The translations under genes were made by a program, and so were the position numbers. Below are positions 62,972-64,000 of a stretch of 64,000 nt of DNA, piece after piece. Origin of the DNA: Eledone cirrhosa (Eukaryota); the NCBI GenBank assembly GCA_964016885.1, contig OZ024741.1:183582001-183646000 (forward strand), written 5' to 3'. The notes beneath the pieces were generated by a model. The model had not been told where the DNA came from, searched no databases, and worked only from the letters and a program-made list of their open reading frames with translations. Each line of letters starts with the position of its first letter. Position 1 is the stretch's first letter.

Positions 62972-63160
62972 GTAATAATTGTTTCTATTTTTGGCACAAG
63001 GCCAGCAATTACCCAGTACATTACTGGTACTTTATTTTATCGACCCCGTAAGGATGAAAGGCAAAGTTAACCTCGGCGGTATTTGAACTCAGATCATAAA
63101 GGGACGTAACTCTATGCTTCAAAACATGGTGTCCGACTCTCTACCGATACTGCCAATCTA
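62972..63160 (-). mobile_element. Nin/Deu-domain SINE
   Basis: Reverse complement aligns over its full length with 23984-24168 and 24815-25012. Confidence 0.88.
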
Positions 63161-63422
63161 CGTTGAGTAATAATACATTTCTATATGTGACGCCTGTTTG
63201 AACACTATGCTTTTACTTGAATTAGATATTCAATGTTAAATGTATATGTATGAACATACGTACGTAATTATGCATGTATGTAGACACCGAAATTTGTTTG
63301 TTAGCGTAATACGTAGTGTTTGTATTAAGCATGAGAGATTGAAGTTTCAGTTTAATATATTTTAATTGTAATCCTGCGTAACATGTGTGTCGCAAATGAA
63401 CATATTCCGATTCTGATTTCTA

Positions 63423-63517
63423 CAGTGTCTGATAAGTAAATCGATCCCAGAGTTGAAGCCGATTGTGATCGATTAAGGCTTCAAGCTGGTCATTTGCGAA
63501 TAAAACATGTTAAACTG
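63423..63517 (+). ncRNA. Degenerate hammerhead with a long stem II
   Basis: CAGTGT-CTGATAA-GTAAAT..CCAG..TTGAAGCC/GGCTTCAA..CTGG..ATTTGC-GAA..AACATGTT-AAACTG. Core carries G8->A and an insertion. Confidence 0.45.
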
Positions 63518-63544
63518 AAACTTCTATCTCTCATTCTTAATATG

Positions 63545-63741
<197 letters not shown>

Positions 63742-63901
63742 TAGAATTGGAGCTCTGAAATAGCAATATATATATGGATGTATATATAATGTATTTTGCA
63801 ATACACTTTATGCTTAATTAAAAGCATTTTGAAGACCGTAAGCTATTGTTTTTTAGAGTAGTGACAAATTCACTTACTTTGATCTCAGCAAACAGGGGAG
63901 A

Positions 63902-63950
63902 TAAGCCGACAAGGCGTTGTTTCGCTTTTGTTGAAGCTTATCAAGGCTAA
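63902..63950 (-). ncRNA. Type I hammerhead, U3:A8 core variant
   Basis: Minus AGCC-TTGATAA-GCTT(CAACAA)AAGC-GAAA-CAA(CGCC)TTG-TC-GGCT. The 3' context (gtc.gcttatctccc) is shared with the 44403 HHR. Confidence 0.75.
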
Positions 63951-64000
63951 CCACTCCCATCTGTAGACAGGTGGGAGTAGTTAGCCTTGATAAGCTTCAA

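Overview
Eukaryotic, AT-rich, microsatellite-dense DNA with no confidently identifiable host gene. The Nin/Deu-domain SINEs with (TTA)n tails and the repeat mix suggest an octopus/cephalopod genome (inference). The window is a cluster of retroelements: four Penelope-like elements (PLEs; RT + GIY-YIG), two of them with long inverted arms; two decayed Dong/R4-type RLE LINEs; two near-full-length Tx1/L1-type LINEs (one almost intact) plus fragments; several RTE fragments and a non-autonomous RTE derivative; SINEs; and a 7.6-kb GTT-rich minisatellite with higher-order repeats. The main signal that the ORF track misses is RNA-level: about 20 type I hammerhead ribozyme (HHR) motifs, intact or degenerate, from many unrelated families. 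One HHR sits in every unit of a near-perfect 540-bp tandem array, a candidate retrozyme/circular RNA. Also notable are a cluster of T->C changes in two SINE copies resembling ADAR A-to-I hyper-editing, a degenerate HDV-like ribozyme at an RTE 5' end, and a pseudoknot at a Dong 5' end. Most short ORFs in the track are microsatellite artefacts. All alignments and folds were done by eye; boundaries are approximate to a few nt.
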